DNA of 63,069 nt, filler included, from Globobulimina sp. (lineage: Eukaryota): assembly GCA_003354225.1 (NCBI GenBank). It is 41 parts of 41 records of this genome, joined end to end, with 100 filler letters (N's around TTAATTAATTAA, not from the genome) between each part and the next. Parts side by side here need not be neighbours in the genome. Positions count along the whole stretch, not along the records: positions 1 to 1,442 come from PIVH01016606.1; positions 1,543 to 2,984 come from PIVH01016607.1; positions 3,085 to 4,526 come from PIVH01016608.1; positions 4,627 to 6,068 come from PIVH01016609.1; positions 6,169 to 7,610 come from PIVH01016610.1; positions 7,711 to 9,152 come from PIVH01016611.1; positions 9,253 to 10,694 come from PIVH01016612.1; positions 10,795 to 12,235 come from PIVH01016613.1; 33 more parts are not named here. One strand, given 5' to 3'. Under the pieces are notes generated by a model. The model was not told where the DNA came from and did not search any database. It worked only from the letters and a program-made list of their open reading frames with translations. Shown here piece after piece: positions 1 through 12,613 of the stretch (position 1 is its first letter; every line of letters begins with the position of its first letter). A program made the translations under genes and the position numbers.

Positions 1-1131
1 CTGGTTGGAGCTCCAATTGTTGCATCGACAATGGGCATCGAAACAAGCATATTCGCCCAATATTTAATGTTTTTGCTATGCCATAAACTCTTCCAATCAC
101 ATCCATTGTTAATTGCAAGACAAATAAACCACACAAAAACATCAATTGCTGCTACAACACATGTCACTTCACCACCGATGGCATACCAAGTCACAATATA
201 TGTGGATATTCGAGCGCATACATCAGTCACTCGAAATAATACACGAATAATATAGTCACGACTAGTTTTCTTTGAATTCCATTGCTGAGCGTTTGGAATA
301 ACATAAGGCTTATCCTCAGATATCATCTTCACACTCAATGAAATAATGGACCCTAATGAGGACAAAATAACCCACCAACCTTTACAATTAAATATATATT
401 AACATTCGTACATAATGATCGATCGCGAGATAATTATAATTGGTACCTGTTTGCTCCACACGTACTAAAAAAATCCAAGTTAACACGACTTCTGGAAAAG
501 CCTCAAATATGGCTTCCAAATATCCAATTAATTGTTGCATTGTGGTTGGCTCAGTATTTCCATGAATATACGCATGATATATTGCCCTGAAAATTGCAAC
601 ATCAAAGAACTGCAATACAGCCATAAAAATGGAATATTGTCGCATAGCTATTGCAGAGATACATCGATACATAAAAACTGAGCCAGCTAATAATTTAAAC
701 ATAAGACTCATATTCATTCGTGGCACTGGTGTCTGATGTAAAAACTTTTCCTGATACCAATATATTCCCCATTGAACCAATAAACCATAATCAGTCACAG
801 TGTCTACAATATGCAATGCTAATTTTGAATAAATGGATTGCATTCTCAACATTTCGCGCAAATAGCTTCCATCCTTGCCAAACCTGATTTTTTTTTGTTT
901 CAATTTTTGTGTCGCCATATGCTTGATAATAAAGAAAACGATGATATAGATGACAATAAATAGTCCTGTCACATAAACTGGCATAACCACTGCCATATCA
1001 GGTCTACCATCATCCGTCGCAAATTTTTGAATGATCAATACGTATATCACAAAGGCACAAATACTCAATATTGTTGCCAATAATGCTTGTCTTTTGGTGT
1101 TTGACGCATTCTCCTGTACACGAATTAACAA
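1..1131 (-). CDS. Multi-pass membrane protein, XK-related-like (partial, spliced)
   Basis: Hydrophobic helices, 'HIVDTVTD' and 'YLEAIFEAFPEVVL'. An intron at 446-380 joins an open exon (GWWVILSSLGSIISLSVKMISEDK...FRVTDVCAR) that runs to the contig edge. Confidence 0.55.
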
Positions 1132-1442
1132 AATATTATTGTGGTCTCACATTAATTAGATGAATGCGAAAAGATCGCGTAGATATTAATACTAAACAAC
1201 TGTTACTGTGATTTTGTCATTTGTTGCATTTTGTGTATTATCAACTTTCATGCCGTCCTTTTTGTGACTATCAATGAGGTTAAAAAACAGTGAGGTTTAA
1301 ATACAATAATCTAATTCAAGGAGATGAGAGGAGCGCTCATAAGGTTCATTTTGTCAGACAATGCAGGATGTTTTGTATTGAGTTGTCTGCACAGACGTTC
1401 AATGCATTTATGACATAAACCACAACATTTATAATATATTAT

Positions 1443-1542
1443 NNNNNNNNNNNNNNNNNNNNNNNNNNNNNNNNNNNNNNNNNNNNTTAATTAATTAANN
1501 NNNNNNNNNNNNNNNNNNNNNNNNNNNNNNNNNNNNNNNNNN
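1443..1542. other. Artificial contig spacer (first of 40)
   Basis: N44-TTAATTAATTAA-N44 (stops in all six frames) recurs about every 1540 bp, and contig lengths fall monotonically from 1442 to 1439. Confidence 0.99.
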
Positions 1543-1721
1543 TGTCAATAAATTATGCATTCAGTTTAGCGATTATCCGGAGATGCGATATGATGTTGAC
1601 ATTAATGTGGATGGTGACATTATTATTAACGGCAATGAGCAACAAATATTTAATGTTTTTACCAATTATAATATCGGAGATTTTGTGATATTCAGCATTT
1701 AAATGATTTGATTGCAAAAAA

Positions 1722-2000
1722 TTACCAATATCTATATGTTTTACTAAAAGAAATATTAACCCCAATTAATCTTTTTGGTAATTGATCTAATTTCATATTT
1801 TGTGTTGAAAGTGGTTTTGGTTTCTCTTCTCTGGATTGTATGATATTTGATATAAAATTATTTATATTATCAGCCTCATCTCGTTGATTTATTGATGTAT
1901 TTAAAATTTGGTTGAATAATGCCTTGATAACAATATTTGTGTGAAAATCTGTAAAGTGGGCAGCTAAAAACCGGAATTTAATGGCTGTTCTCAGCGACAT
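1722..2000 (-). CDS. Hypothetical protein (probably first exon)
   Basis: ATG-started ORF of 92 aa. No family recognised. Confidence 0.3.
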   Translation of the reverse strand: MSLRTAIKFRFLAAHFTDFHTNIVIKALFNQILNTSINQRDEADNINNFISNIIQSREEKPKPLSTQNMKLDQLPKRLIGVNISFSKTYRYW

Positions 2001-2018
2001 TGTTTGGGAAATATTCAG

Positions 2019-2199
2019 TTAACTTTTTTGGCTTAGTTTCGTTTCATTTCATTTCAACGATTGGCTTAGTATTCGAAGTTGACCTAGGTCATCCAATACT
2101 AGGTCAACTTCGAATACTAGGTTGAAAACCACTATAGCTAACCAAAAACTTTACTAATCGTTGAAATGAAATGAAACGAAACTAAGCCAAAAAAGTTAA
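2019..2199. mobile_element. MITE-like element with 44-bp perfect terminal inverted repeats and an internal 21-bp hairpin
   Basis: 2019-2062 is the exact reverse complement of 2156-2199, and both outer ends read TTAA. 2067-2087 is the reverse complement of 2099-2119. Confidence 0.7.
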
Positions 2200-2473
2200 A
2201 TGTATTTCTTTATTGTTTTTTCTATTATTGTACCAGTAGATAATATTATTTTCAATATATTCATCTTCAAAACACTAAGAAATAAATCGACAACACTGAA
2301 AAATTCATTTGTAGGTCAAATAGTGTTGCTATTGGCACATAAACAGACGATTCCGTCACAAACATGCCAATTAAAAGCGAAAACAACTCTGTCAAAATCT
2401 TGACTAAATTAACGTTAATTATAATTGAATTAATAATAAAATTGTTATCTAAAGTATCTAAAGTTATATAATG

Positions 2474-2984
2474 TTAAATATTTAAAAACATCTTTGTCTC
2501 CGCAGCTTCGCGTCCCATTTTCTTTGCTAAATCCTCCAATTCCTCAAGTTCTAATTTCTTTGTATTAATCAACATGCTACAAAACCGGTCACCAAATGCA
2601 TCCCAAATCACCTTATCTTTTCCCAACGCTTCAATGGCAGCCTCCATATTGTTTAGCAACAACGGCAAATCTTTATATTCATCATCCCATGCATCCTTTG
2701 TACATTCTGCAACTTTTGGTTTTATTTTATTTTTAATCCCATCAATACCCGCAGCAATTACGCTGGTCATAGCCATATATGGATTGCATGCAGAAGCAGG
2801 TAATCGATATTCCATATAAGTACCACTGGCTCCATCTGTTTTGAATCGGAGTAACACGGTTCGATTATTTCTGCCATACGACACATTCCCTGGACTCCAA
2901 CAATGCGCGTTACTGCGTCGAAAACAATTTGGTGTGCTATTGGAAAATATCGTCATTGCATCAATACGTTCCAGGATACCACCA
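2474..2984 (-). CDS. Glutamine synthetase (GSI-type) family, C-terminal part
   Basis: GGILERIDAMT...SYGRNNRTVLLR...MEYRLPASACNPYMAMTSVIAAGIDGI; open to the contig edge. Confidence 0.85.
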
Positions 2985-3084
2985 NNNNNNNNNNNNNNNN
3001 NNNNNNNNNNNNNNNNNNNNNNNNNNNNTTAATTAATTAANNNNNNNNNNNNNNNNNNNNNNNNNNNNNNNNNNNNNNNNNNNN

Positions 3085-3960
3085 TAGACCGGACGAAACA
3101 CATCAAAATCGAATCATACAACAGACCATCAGGGTTACCGTCACCACAACTTGTTGCAAGAGCAGGAACTACTTATTCAATCTTATAGACTTGCAGAATA
3201 CTAGTCAAAAGTATAAAATAGGATTCCGGCAGAAATTCAACAAAATGAATTTAAATTAGCACAAACACATTGGACTCCAACAGACTTAGCTTAACCTGCA
3301 CAGTACATATAGTCAGAGCATATTGTCTCTAAGTTAGGATTTATACAGTAACAAGCACTAAAGGGAATGATCTCATAACAGAAATTCTAATAGTATACCT
3401 AATATCATAACTGTACCCTTAATAATACCTTCTGATACCTTACTCTGATCCAATATCGTGCTAATAATATGACATCAAAATAGAATTGTACTTGAATTTG
3501 CAAAATCTGCTCAATTGCCTGACATATCTTCATTCTGTCAATAAAATCCAGTAAAATGCCAAAAGTCACAGCAAAGTCCACTTTGTTTGCTAATTTACAG
3601 CCAATTCCTAAAAAATAACAAAGTTTGATTGTATCTACAAACCATACCATATTATATCTATGCTTGTAACGTCATGGAATCTTGTGTATTTGTGTTCAAT
3701 TAAGCCCACTTCTCAACATTTGTACAATCTGGCCCATCTACTGTATTCTTGCTGAATCTGGCCTGACGCAAACATTGGTTCACAAATCCAATCATTTGTC
3801 ATAGAATAGGTTCCATACTGACAGTCATTATCTAAAATATACCATTATAAGTATTGTTACAATATCGATTGTCTCTGATACTGACACAACAACCAAGGAT
3901 AGTCTAGGAATCGATAATCGATATCACCTCTCTCCCATGAAGTATTTCGGCACCAAAATG
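3085..3960 (-). pseudogene. Possible decayed Cys-rich protein gene
   Basis: Short protein-like segments in shifting frames (WCRNTSWERGD, CQYGTYSMTNDWICETNVC, NFCRNP) are broken by many stops. Confidence 0.2.
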
Positions 3961-4626
3961 TGTCATTTCACCATGTCAACCGACAATCACACCAGACTAT
4001 AATCATTTATAAAAATTATCAATTGAATTTTGCTTTTAAATTCCTTTATCAGGTCTGAGCCGGTTGCCTTTGCGTTCCATGCTCGCCGTATGAAATTTTA
4101 AGCAAAATGATAGTATTTCAATTAATCAGAAATTACTCATAATTACGATCCGATGGAAAACAATGGACTCAATCGTCACCAATATCTAAAATAGATAAAT
4201 CACATTACATCATGGTTATTTATTACTTCTTACTATACAAAATGTACTAAACTAAATATTATAATTCTCTCTGAAAATAAAATCATCACCAACAATATAC
4301 AATAAAATACTTTTACGACAGTATTGACGACTAAGGGATACAATAGGTCATATAATTACAATAACATAAAGAAATGCGCTGCCGACACCTCAACGACATA
4401 GAATTTACACATTAAATGGACATGAACTATTAGTAGTCAAAATTAGTTATACACCAAATACATTAGATTCTTAATACTAATCTGAAGTTATATTAATAGC
4501 CTAATTACAATAGTTACTAAATCTCGNNNNNNNNNNNNNNNNNNNNNNNNNNNNNNNNNNNNNNNNNNNNTTAATTAATTAANNNNNNNNNNNNNNNNNN
4601 NNNNNNNNNNNNNNNNNNNNNNNNNN

Positions 4627-5856
4627 GGCCTTTGGGCACATAAAAATAATCATAATTCTTGGATTGACCTTATCATTGAAAATGGAGACGAAAATGAAAA
4701 TAATTTTATTAAATATTCCTATGCTTTTTATTGGTCGATAGTCACTTTGTTTACCACTGGCTATGGTTTGTATATATTAATTTTGTTTATGCTGCATGCT
4801 GTATACGTATGATATTAAATAGGTGATATTCATGCTTGTAATGTTTACGAGCATTGGACGTGTTCGATTGGAATATTAATTGGCAGCTGTTTCTTTGCCT
4901 ATTTTATTGGAGTATTAACCAGAGGAATAGCGGATGATTTACCTCAGCAATCAAGGCAGCGGCGCATTGAACAATCATTAGAATTTTGTCGACATTTCAA
5001 TCTGCCAAAAGAGATAACACGCGCTGTGTTGACACATATGCGATACTATAATTCGTATAATTATTTATTTGATGATGATATTACAATGAATGTGTTACCA
5101 AATCATTTACAGTTACAAATCTCTCAATATTTAGGAATGTCTGTTTTAAAGGAATTGGATATTTTCGAGTCATTGCCACATTCAATAATTGGTCAAATTG
5201 CGCTGAAATTAAAATCAAAATCTGTGGGTGAGAACCATTTGTTATATAAATGTGGTGATCTTGGAAAGGAACTATACATTCAAAGAACTGGCAAATCCCG
5301 TTTGATATATAATGGAATGGCCAATAAATCTACAGATAGAAATTTAAAACGAGGGGATGTTGTTGGTGAAAATGCTATTTTATGGCGTAAAAGACAGCAT
5401 AGTGTTATTTGTTTGATGTGGTCAGAGTTTTATGTGCTAAATATTTATGATATTGTGCATGTATTGAAAGATAATTATGATCCAAACACAGCAAAGCAAG
5501 AATGGATTAAAATTAAAAATCTCATAAAAAATACAAAATCTGTGTCAAATCTCTATAGAAATCCAAGTGAAATAAGTGATGACTGCGGGCACAGTGATGC
5601 TGCTAATTTGCATCGTAGACATGTTCGATTTAAGACCATTAAAATGCAGGATTATCAGACTTATGTTGATCCAAAAATATGTGACGATGTATCAAATAAA
5701 ACAGAATCAATATTTGATGTTATTACGACAACATTTAGCGAGGAAGAATTGGCATTGCAAAAGGAAGAAGAGCTGCGAGAACATAGTCGAAAAATAAAGC
5801 AGCGCAAAAGGAAAAAGATTACATTTAAATCTGTTAAACTAGATTTTAAAGGCTGA
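4627..5856 (+). CDS. Cyclic-nucleotide-binding-domain K+ channel (EAG/HCN/CNG-like), partial
   Basis: YAFYWSIVTLFTTGYG|DIH pore, with GYGD restored by intron 4766-4822, then S6, C-linker and CNBD (LKRGDVVGENAIL). Confidence 0.85.
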
Positions 5857-6068
5857 AGCTTATTGGTGTCCTTACCAACAATAGGATAACCATCAGTTAA
5901 GATAAATAAAAAATTTTCTGTTAATGTATCTTTTGAAAAATCATCCTTTAAATCTTCATAGAAGTATTTCCAAATATCTGCTCCATAGTATTTTTTAGGA
6001 TCTTTACTAAATACTGCCTCTTTATAAAGAGTATCAAGATAAGCATGGAAATTTTTTCTTCTTTCTAT
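5816..6068 (-). CDS. Fragment of a bacterial-looking protein abutting the channel gene
   Basis: Open frame FHAYLDTLYKEAVFSKDPKKYYGADIWKYFYEDLKDD...NFLFILTDGYPIVGK; not in the ORF track. Confidence 0.45.
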
Positions 6069-6509
6069 NNNNNNNNNNNNNNNNNNNNNNNNNNNNNNNN
6101 NNNNNNNNNNNNTTAATTAATTAANNNNNNNNNNNNNNNNNNNNNNNNNNNNNNNNNNNNNNNNNNNNTGGTATTGGCAAAGCGCATGGCTGTTTTTATA
6201 GATACCCGCTGATGTTAATAGATACTGCTTCAGGCGGAGGAACTCCAGGTACTGTACATCCCGGTATACTTTGAATATGACCTGTTTGAAACACATTGTT
6301 TTTAAAATCCGCAAATTCGCAAAGTTTTTTGTTAGGAGATGGTGATGACCTCTCCATAGGTTTTAAAAATTTCGTTTGAATGATCCAATTCATGCCATCT
6401 AATCCTATCGTCGATCGATAATGTGATTCTCCCACAGCGCACTACTTTGAATAACGTGCAAAACAAATGTCGATGTTAAGTATACTAAAAAGCAAAATTA
6501 ATGTTGTAA

Positions 6510-7610
6510 TTGCAAAAAGGTCAAGTTATTTTAAGTTGGTTTCAATTTAATCAATGTTCTGGCGCCACGACTACTGCCTTTACATTTGAATTAAATCAAT
6601 TGACGCATGGTTATATACGTGCTACATTGAATTATCTGTATTTTGAAATTAATGGAATTGAAATTAGTAATCAAACATTTGCAAAACTGGTTGAACACAA
6701 TTCTTACTTAGCAACCAAATGGGATTTTTTTCTTGGTGGTGATGGAGACAGACTCCCTGCAAACGCAACCATTTCAAATTTCGCAATTTATGCTCTAAAT
6801 CCGATGTATACCTTAGATCCAACACTTTCTCCAACCAATGATCCGACCGGCGATCCGACCGCAGATCCAACCGGTGATCCAACATCGGACCCCACCCGCG
6901 ATCCGACCGCAGATCCTACAGTGGACCCAACAGCCGATCCGACAGCGGATCCAACAACAGATCCGACAGGGGACCCAACTGCAGATCCTACCAGTTTTGT
7001 ATCGTATATTCTCGCTCAAAACGTTTTTTCGTACCGCCGCTAAACGTTTTTGAAACAAACAGGCGATCCAACAAAAGATCCAAGCGCAGATCCAACATCT
7101 GACCCAACATTCGATCCAACCGCGGATCCAACAACTGATCCTTCGCGTATTTAATTATATATATTTGCATTATTCTGATTAAATTCGCCAACAATTATCA
7201 CGTACACATACACAAAAATGCAACAGATGATCCAACCTTTGATCCTACAAAGGATCCAACCAGTTTTGCACTCTTTGTTTTACAATTTATTTTGCAAAAA
7301 AAACAATATTAAATAGATGATCCAACCTATGATCCAACAGTGGACCCAACAGCAGATCCTACCTCTGACCCAACCACCGATCCAACAGCAGATCCGACAC
7401 TTGCACCGAGTGTAGCACCTAGTCTCTCTCCAACATTGGCCCCGTCATTAGCACCTAGTTTAGCGCCAACATTGGCACCATCATTGACACCCACATTGGC
7501 CCCTTCATCTGCACCATCATTGGCCCCTTCGTCAGCACCTAGTTTGGCTCCAACATTGGCACCGTCATTAGCGCCATCATTGGCTCCTTCGTTGGCACCA
7601 ACATTGGCAC
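6510..7610 (+). CDS. Extracellular protein with DPT-x and (L/S)AP(S/T) tetrapeptide repeat stalk (partial, spliced)
   Basis: The repeats continue in frame across introns 6994-7062, 7147-7226 and 7263-7316. Confidence 0.75.
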
Positions 7611-7710
7611 NNNNNNNNNNNNNNNNNNNNNNNNNNNNNNNNNNNNNNNNNNNNTTAATTAATTAANNNNNNNNNNNNNNNNNNNNNNNNNNNNNNNNNN
7701 NNNNNNNNNN

Positions 7711-9063
7711 CACTGATTTTGCATGTTTTTTGACTGAGTTTATACCCATTTTTAATAAATCACCGGCCGATGCTGATACTTTAATATTATTAGGATCCTC
7801 AGGCATATCATGATCCATATTATAAGGCTGATTGGATGAAATTGCGCCAAAATCATACTCATACTCATGTTTACATTCATTTGCTTGTTTATGATTATGA
7901 TTATTATTGTGTTTATGTCCCACATATAAGTGTTTAATATGTGGAATATGCAAACAATAATTATGTCTATGTATGCACACATCAATGCTTTTGCTAATAC
8001 TATCAAACGACTTCCTCACTTCATGAATATTATGAATATTACCAAATATTAATCTCATCCCTTTATAGATATCAACAATATTCTCATATCCCCCGCCCGC
8101 TGCTTGGTTTACAACTGCATTCATTTTGGGTCGGGCATCAATAATATATTTTATTAAGGCATCAGCCAATAACTTCTCATCCGCACCGCATCTATTTTGG
8201 GACCACCAACTTGTCGATACAAAGCCGCCTAAACCACCCATACCAGTCATGGGCTGCGAGGACCTCATTATTACTGCACCGCCACTGTGATGATAATAAC
8301 TTAGCACTGGAATACGTGCTTTGGAGCGGAATGATTTTATCTCTTCCAATTCTACATCGGTGATGGATGAAGGTACAATAAAATACGATGGATAGGTCTC
8401 ACAATATTTATACTCTTTATTCACCGATGATATCCGCCATTTATTATCATCTGCATTCCGATTATTAAATGATATGGGCACTTTTTGTCGGGTAAACTCT
8501 TGGAAAAAATCATACAGATTCCAGCCATCATTCGCAGTGTGTTTGGCAGTGGATATTCCCGCTTTGACTGCAAAACATTGTTCAATATCATTGGTGAATG
8601 CATTTAGTTTCAATTCATTGAGAAACTTATTAAAATTGCTTTGCTTCATATTGGCAAATAATAGCTTTATATTACGAGCATCTTTGGTGCTGATTTCTAG
8701 TGTGTATTTATAAATGGTTGCTGCACCGCAGGGTAAGGGGGAGAAGGACAGCAATTGTTGGTGTAATATATTATGATTATGATTTGGTTGGAGATTGTTG
8801 GAGATGATGTTATGTATGGAACCGAATGGAATGTCAAAATAGTGGCTGTATTTTTGATATTTAAGGAATTCTTTGTCAAAGGGAATGAATAACAGTCTGT
8901 AATTAGTGAGTTTAACAAAGCCGGGTAATAATGGCAGGCCCGGTATTACTAAGACAATGCCATCATTTATTTTATTGAATATCCTTTGTTTCATCATATT
9001 TATATTCTCTTTTTCGCCTTCTTCACTATTTAAATAATTCATAGTCTCAAATGAGGACAACAT
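7711..9063 (-). CDS. Myotubularin-family phosphoinositide phosphatase (N-terminal part)
   Basis: PH-GRAM-like start (LTNYRLLF), WRISSVNKEYKYCETYP, FRSKARIPVLSY, RSSQP, IIDARP, NIHNIHEVRKS. Confidence 0.93.
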
Positions 9064-9252
9064 GGAATTAATATTATTATCGCGTGGATTGTGAGCACAG
9101 ATTTGTTCTAAAAAACAGAATTCTTCGTTGTTATTTGCATTTATTTCCGGTGNNNNNNNNNNNNNNNNNNNNNNNNNNNNNNNNNNNNNNNNNNNNTTAA
9201 TTAATTAANNNNNNNNNNNNNNNNNNNNNNNNNNNNNNNNNNNNNNNNNNNN

Positions 9253-10578
9253 CAGAGCCAAAATCACCTTCCTCAAAAACATCAGAAAATGTCCAATAAC
9301 TCATCCAACCAAAATTATCATTATTTACTAATGATTGCAATTTTGCAGCTTGGAATACCATAAATGAGGCTGCATAGTGGTTATCGTGGTTATCTACGTT
9401 CATTCCATATAAACCAGAATTATATTCACTAAAAAATAAGCAATAGGAAACAGAATGAAGTATATAACAAATGAATAACGATCGAACGAACCTGACATAT
9501 AACGATAGATTAAGTGAACTATATTTATTTAATACATCTCCTGATGTTTTTAATGTATTATAGAATGCATTGACACCATCACGTGCTGTATTTTGTGGAT
9601 CTGTTGGATACAAATGACTGGAGACAAAATCAACAGGTACATTTTCTGCAGTTGCATTTGATAAAAATTCATCAATCCAACATAACTGAGCTGTGCTGGG
9701 ACCGCCTACCAACAATCGCTTATCCACTGATTTTATCGCATTGGCTGTATTGGTATATAATGTCATATATTCATCGAAATATGGACAATCACAACCACAG
9801 CAACCTCCTTGTACGTAAAATCCACAGTTTGGCTCATCTGGTTATTGTATATACGTAGATATAAATGTATATCAAAAGAGTATATGCGTTTTTATACTTA
9901 ACTCCAAACCTCAAATTTCCATGTTGCTACTTCACTGTTTATGTATGCATTGGTGAGGTGTTATATGTGCATCTCTGGGAGTCTGTGGACTTAACTCGAT
10001 ACCATATCTCTGAATTAAATGTTGCATCCAAGCTTGAATAAATGAAGACCATTGAGACCAATTCTTTGGTGGCGATATATTGCCTTTATAATGGAATATT
10101 GTGTTTGAAGAAGATGCAAAATCATTTGGCATGAAACCAATCTCAACAAACGGTTTCATATCAATTGATAATAAATAATCATATATTTTATCAATATTAA
10201 CAAATGAATAATCATTTACTCCATTTACAGAACCAACATCATCATCTATTATATACATATACGATGTAGGAATTTAATTAAATATACAATATACAGTACC
10301 TAATATTCCATGAGCTCGCACCGATGTTATACCAATTTTATCATGTGCATTTTTTACATGCTCCTGCCAATCTTCACGTAAACCGAGTGAACCATGACCT
10401 ATATAATGTATTATTACATGACATTTAGATGAATGGCTTTGGAGATGCCTAATTAACCTGAACCCGCGCATTGATTCCAAAAATAATGGAATGTTGTTGT
10501 CTGTGATGAGATTGTGGCTTTCCATTGTTGTGCTGGTTGGCAATTACCAAACGTAAATAGCAACAAGACTAGCAACAT
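9253..10578 (-). CDS. Secreted glycoside hydrolase family 39 (beta-xylosidase-like), multi-exon, partial
   Basis: Signal peptide MLLVLLLFTFG, then RAHGIL|DDDVG, PFVEIGFMP, spliced WKFEVWNEP acid/base motif, VDFVSSHLYP, SEYNSG, SYWTFSDVFEE. Confidence 0.9.
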
Positions 10579-10794
10579 GATTATAAAAATTATAAAGTGC
10601 TTTTAAATGATCACTACTTCAATAGCGAGTTCAAAACAGAAGTGATTACCATGGTTTCTTCGACTATGCCTGTTAATGTGTGGTTTCACATAGTNNNNNN
10701 NNNNNNNNNNNNNNNNNNNNNNNNNNNNNNNNNNNNNNTTAATTAATTAANNNNNNNNNNNNNNNNNNNNNNNNNNNNNNNNNNNNNNNNNNNN

Positions 10795-12235
10795 GAAAAG
10801 AAGAGCAAATTGGCCGAAATCAAAAGCGATACACACAAACACTACATCCGCAAACAAAACGAGCGTATCTATAAATGGCTGCATATGCTCGACCATTGGG
10901 ACGCATATAACACAAACAAAAAAGCAAAATTAAAGTCCCGTACTCGAAAGGGAATACCGGCTCCGTTACGCGCCAAAGTCTGGAAGAAGATACTAAATAT
11001 CTCCAACCTCACCAAACAGCAACGACTATACTACTCTGTACGTACATCTTTGCGAATTTGCGAGCGGCGAATCCTCGCACAACGCGCCCGCATCGCACAC
11101 ATTGCCCATATGCCCTACACAGAGATTGCGGTACGAGTCTCCGGTGAAGAAGTTCAAGACCTCCATCGACAACGATTTAGATCGCACCTTTCCTCGCCAT
11201 GTCTTATTCAGCAAAGCCGACCCGTACACCGACAGTGACAGCCCTGCCAACGCAAGAAATTCGCCGTGCGGCCGCGGCAAAGACTCGCTACGCAATGTAC
11301 TGTACGCGTACGCCAACCATGACGGAGACGTGGGTTATACGCAGGGAATGGGCTTTGTGGCCGCTTTGTTGCTGATGCTGATGACCGAAGACGACGCGTT
11401 TTGGTGTTTGTCTCGCTTATTAGACCAAAATGGGCAGTTTGCGATGCGCGGCTTGTATATGGATGGCCTGCCATTGCTACATATGCAGTACTATCAATTC
11501 AATGAGTTGCTACTTAAGTTTATGCCCAAATTGTATCAACACATCGCTTCCTTTGACATATCGCCGGCGTACTATGCCTCGAAATGGTTTATCACCATCT
11601 TTTGCTACGAGTTTCCCTTCGAATTTGTGTACCGTATTTGGGACATTTATCTCTATGAAGGCATCAAGTTTGTGTTCCGCGTCGCTTTGGCTTTGATGAA
11701 ATTGAATGAAGCGAGTTTGCTGAAAATCAGACAGTTCGATGTGATGATGAAACATTTGCAGAGTTTGCATACGCAAAATGAGATTGGCATCGATGTGCTG
11801 TTGGACAAAGCGTTCGATTTGGCGTTGAAGCACGAACATTTGCAAGAGATTGAGCAGAAATATAACATACAGAAGTTAAGGGATCAGAGACGGCCAACGG
11901 GTGGCCGCCGAAGGGATGTCTCGGAGATGGAGCAACCGGCCTTTTTGAAGAATTTGTCCAGAGAGCATCACAAAGGCGATGCGGATGATTGCGCGCCGTA
12001 TACACCGTCGGTGTCGACGCCCAATGATTATAAGGCTGACGCTGTGGCCATTACGCCGGCGCCCGACGAGGAGAAAAAGAGTGGCGATGCGAATGAAGGG
12101 TCGCATTCGGAGAGCTCCTATGTTGATGAGGAGCCGTCGTCGGTGTTGCCGCTGAGCTCGAGTAAGGGGCACGAGATTTTAGTGCCGGATAAGGAGAGTA
12201 ATGCGAGCGAGGAACATGTACAAAAAGAAACAAAT
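10795..12235 (+). CDS. Rab-GAP TBC-domain protein (partial)
   Basis: RKGIPAPLRAKVW, intron 11038-11122, IDNDLDRTFP, GYTQGM, WFITIF, RIWDIYLYEG. Confidence 0.95.
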
Positions 12236-12613
12236 NNNNNNNNNNNNNNNNNNNNNNNNNNNNNNNNNNNNNNNNNNNNTTAATTAATTAANNNNNNNNN
12301 NNNNNNNNNNNNNNNNNNNNNNNNNNNNNNNNNNNCCGCCCCCTCGACGTGAAAAACTTTGTTTCTGGAAACACGTTACCCAGTCTCGATATTACTGAAT
12401 ATGGGTAAAATACTAATAAATATACAGAAATAAGCAATTTGTATTTCAATTGAAAATTTGCATTTGTAGAGAATTATTGGTTGGACACAAAGAGGACATA
12501 TATCGGATAACTTGCACAAAACGTAATATAATTGCGTAATGTAAACCGAATTCGTTTTTCAAAAACAAAATGTAGAGCACACTCTGAACTTGAAACGAAT
12601 CACTCTGAAACAT

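Noticed and set aside
2117-2131. CTAGGTTGAAAA shared between the MITE-like element and the 29287-29405 repeat arm
   Set aside because: Only 12 exact bases with no extension; such matches are expected by chance in ~60 kb of AT-rich DNA.
11026-12233. Many antisense and alternate-frame ORFs over GC-richer genes (also 33302-33807, 56395-56836, 57337-57994)
   Set aside because: Shadow ORFs of real genes, with no recognisable motifs.
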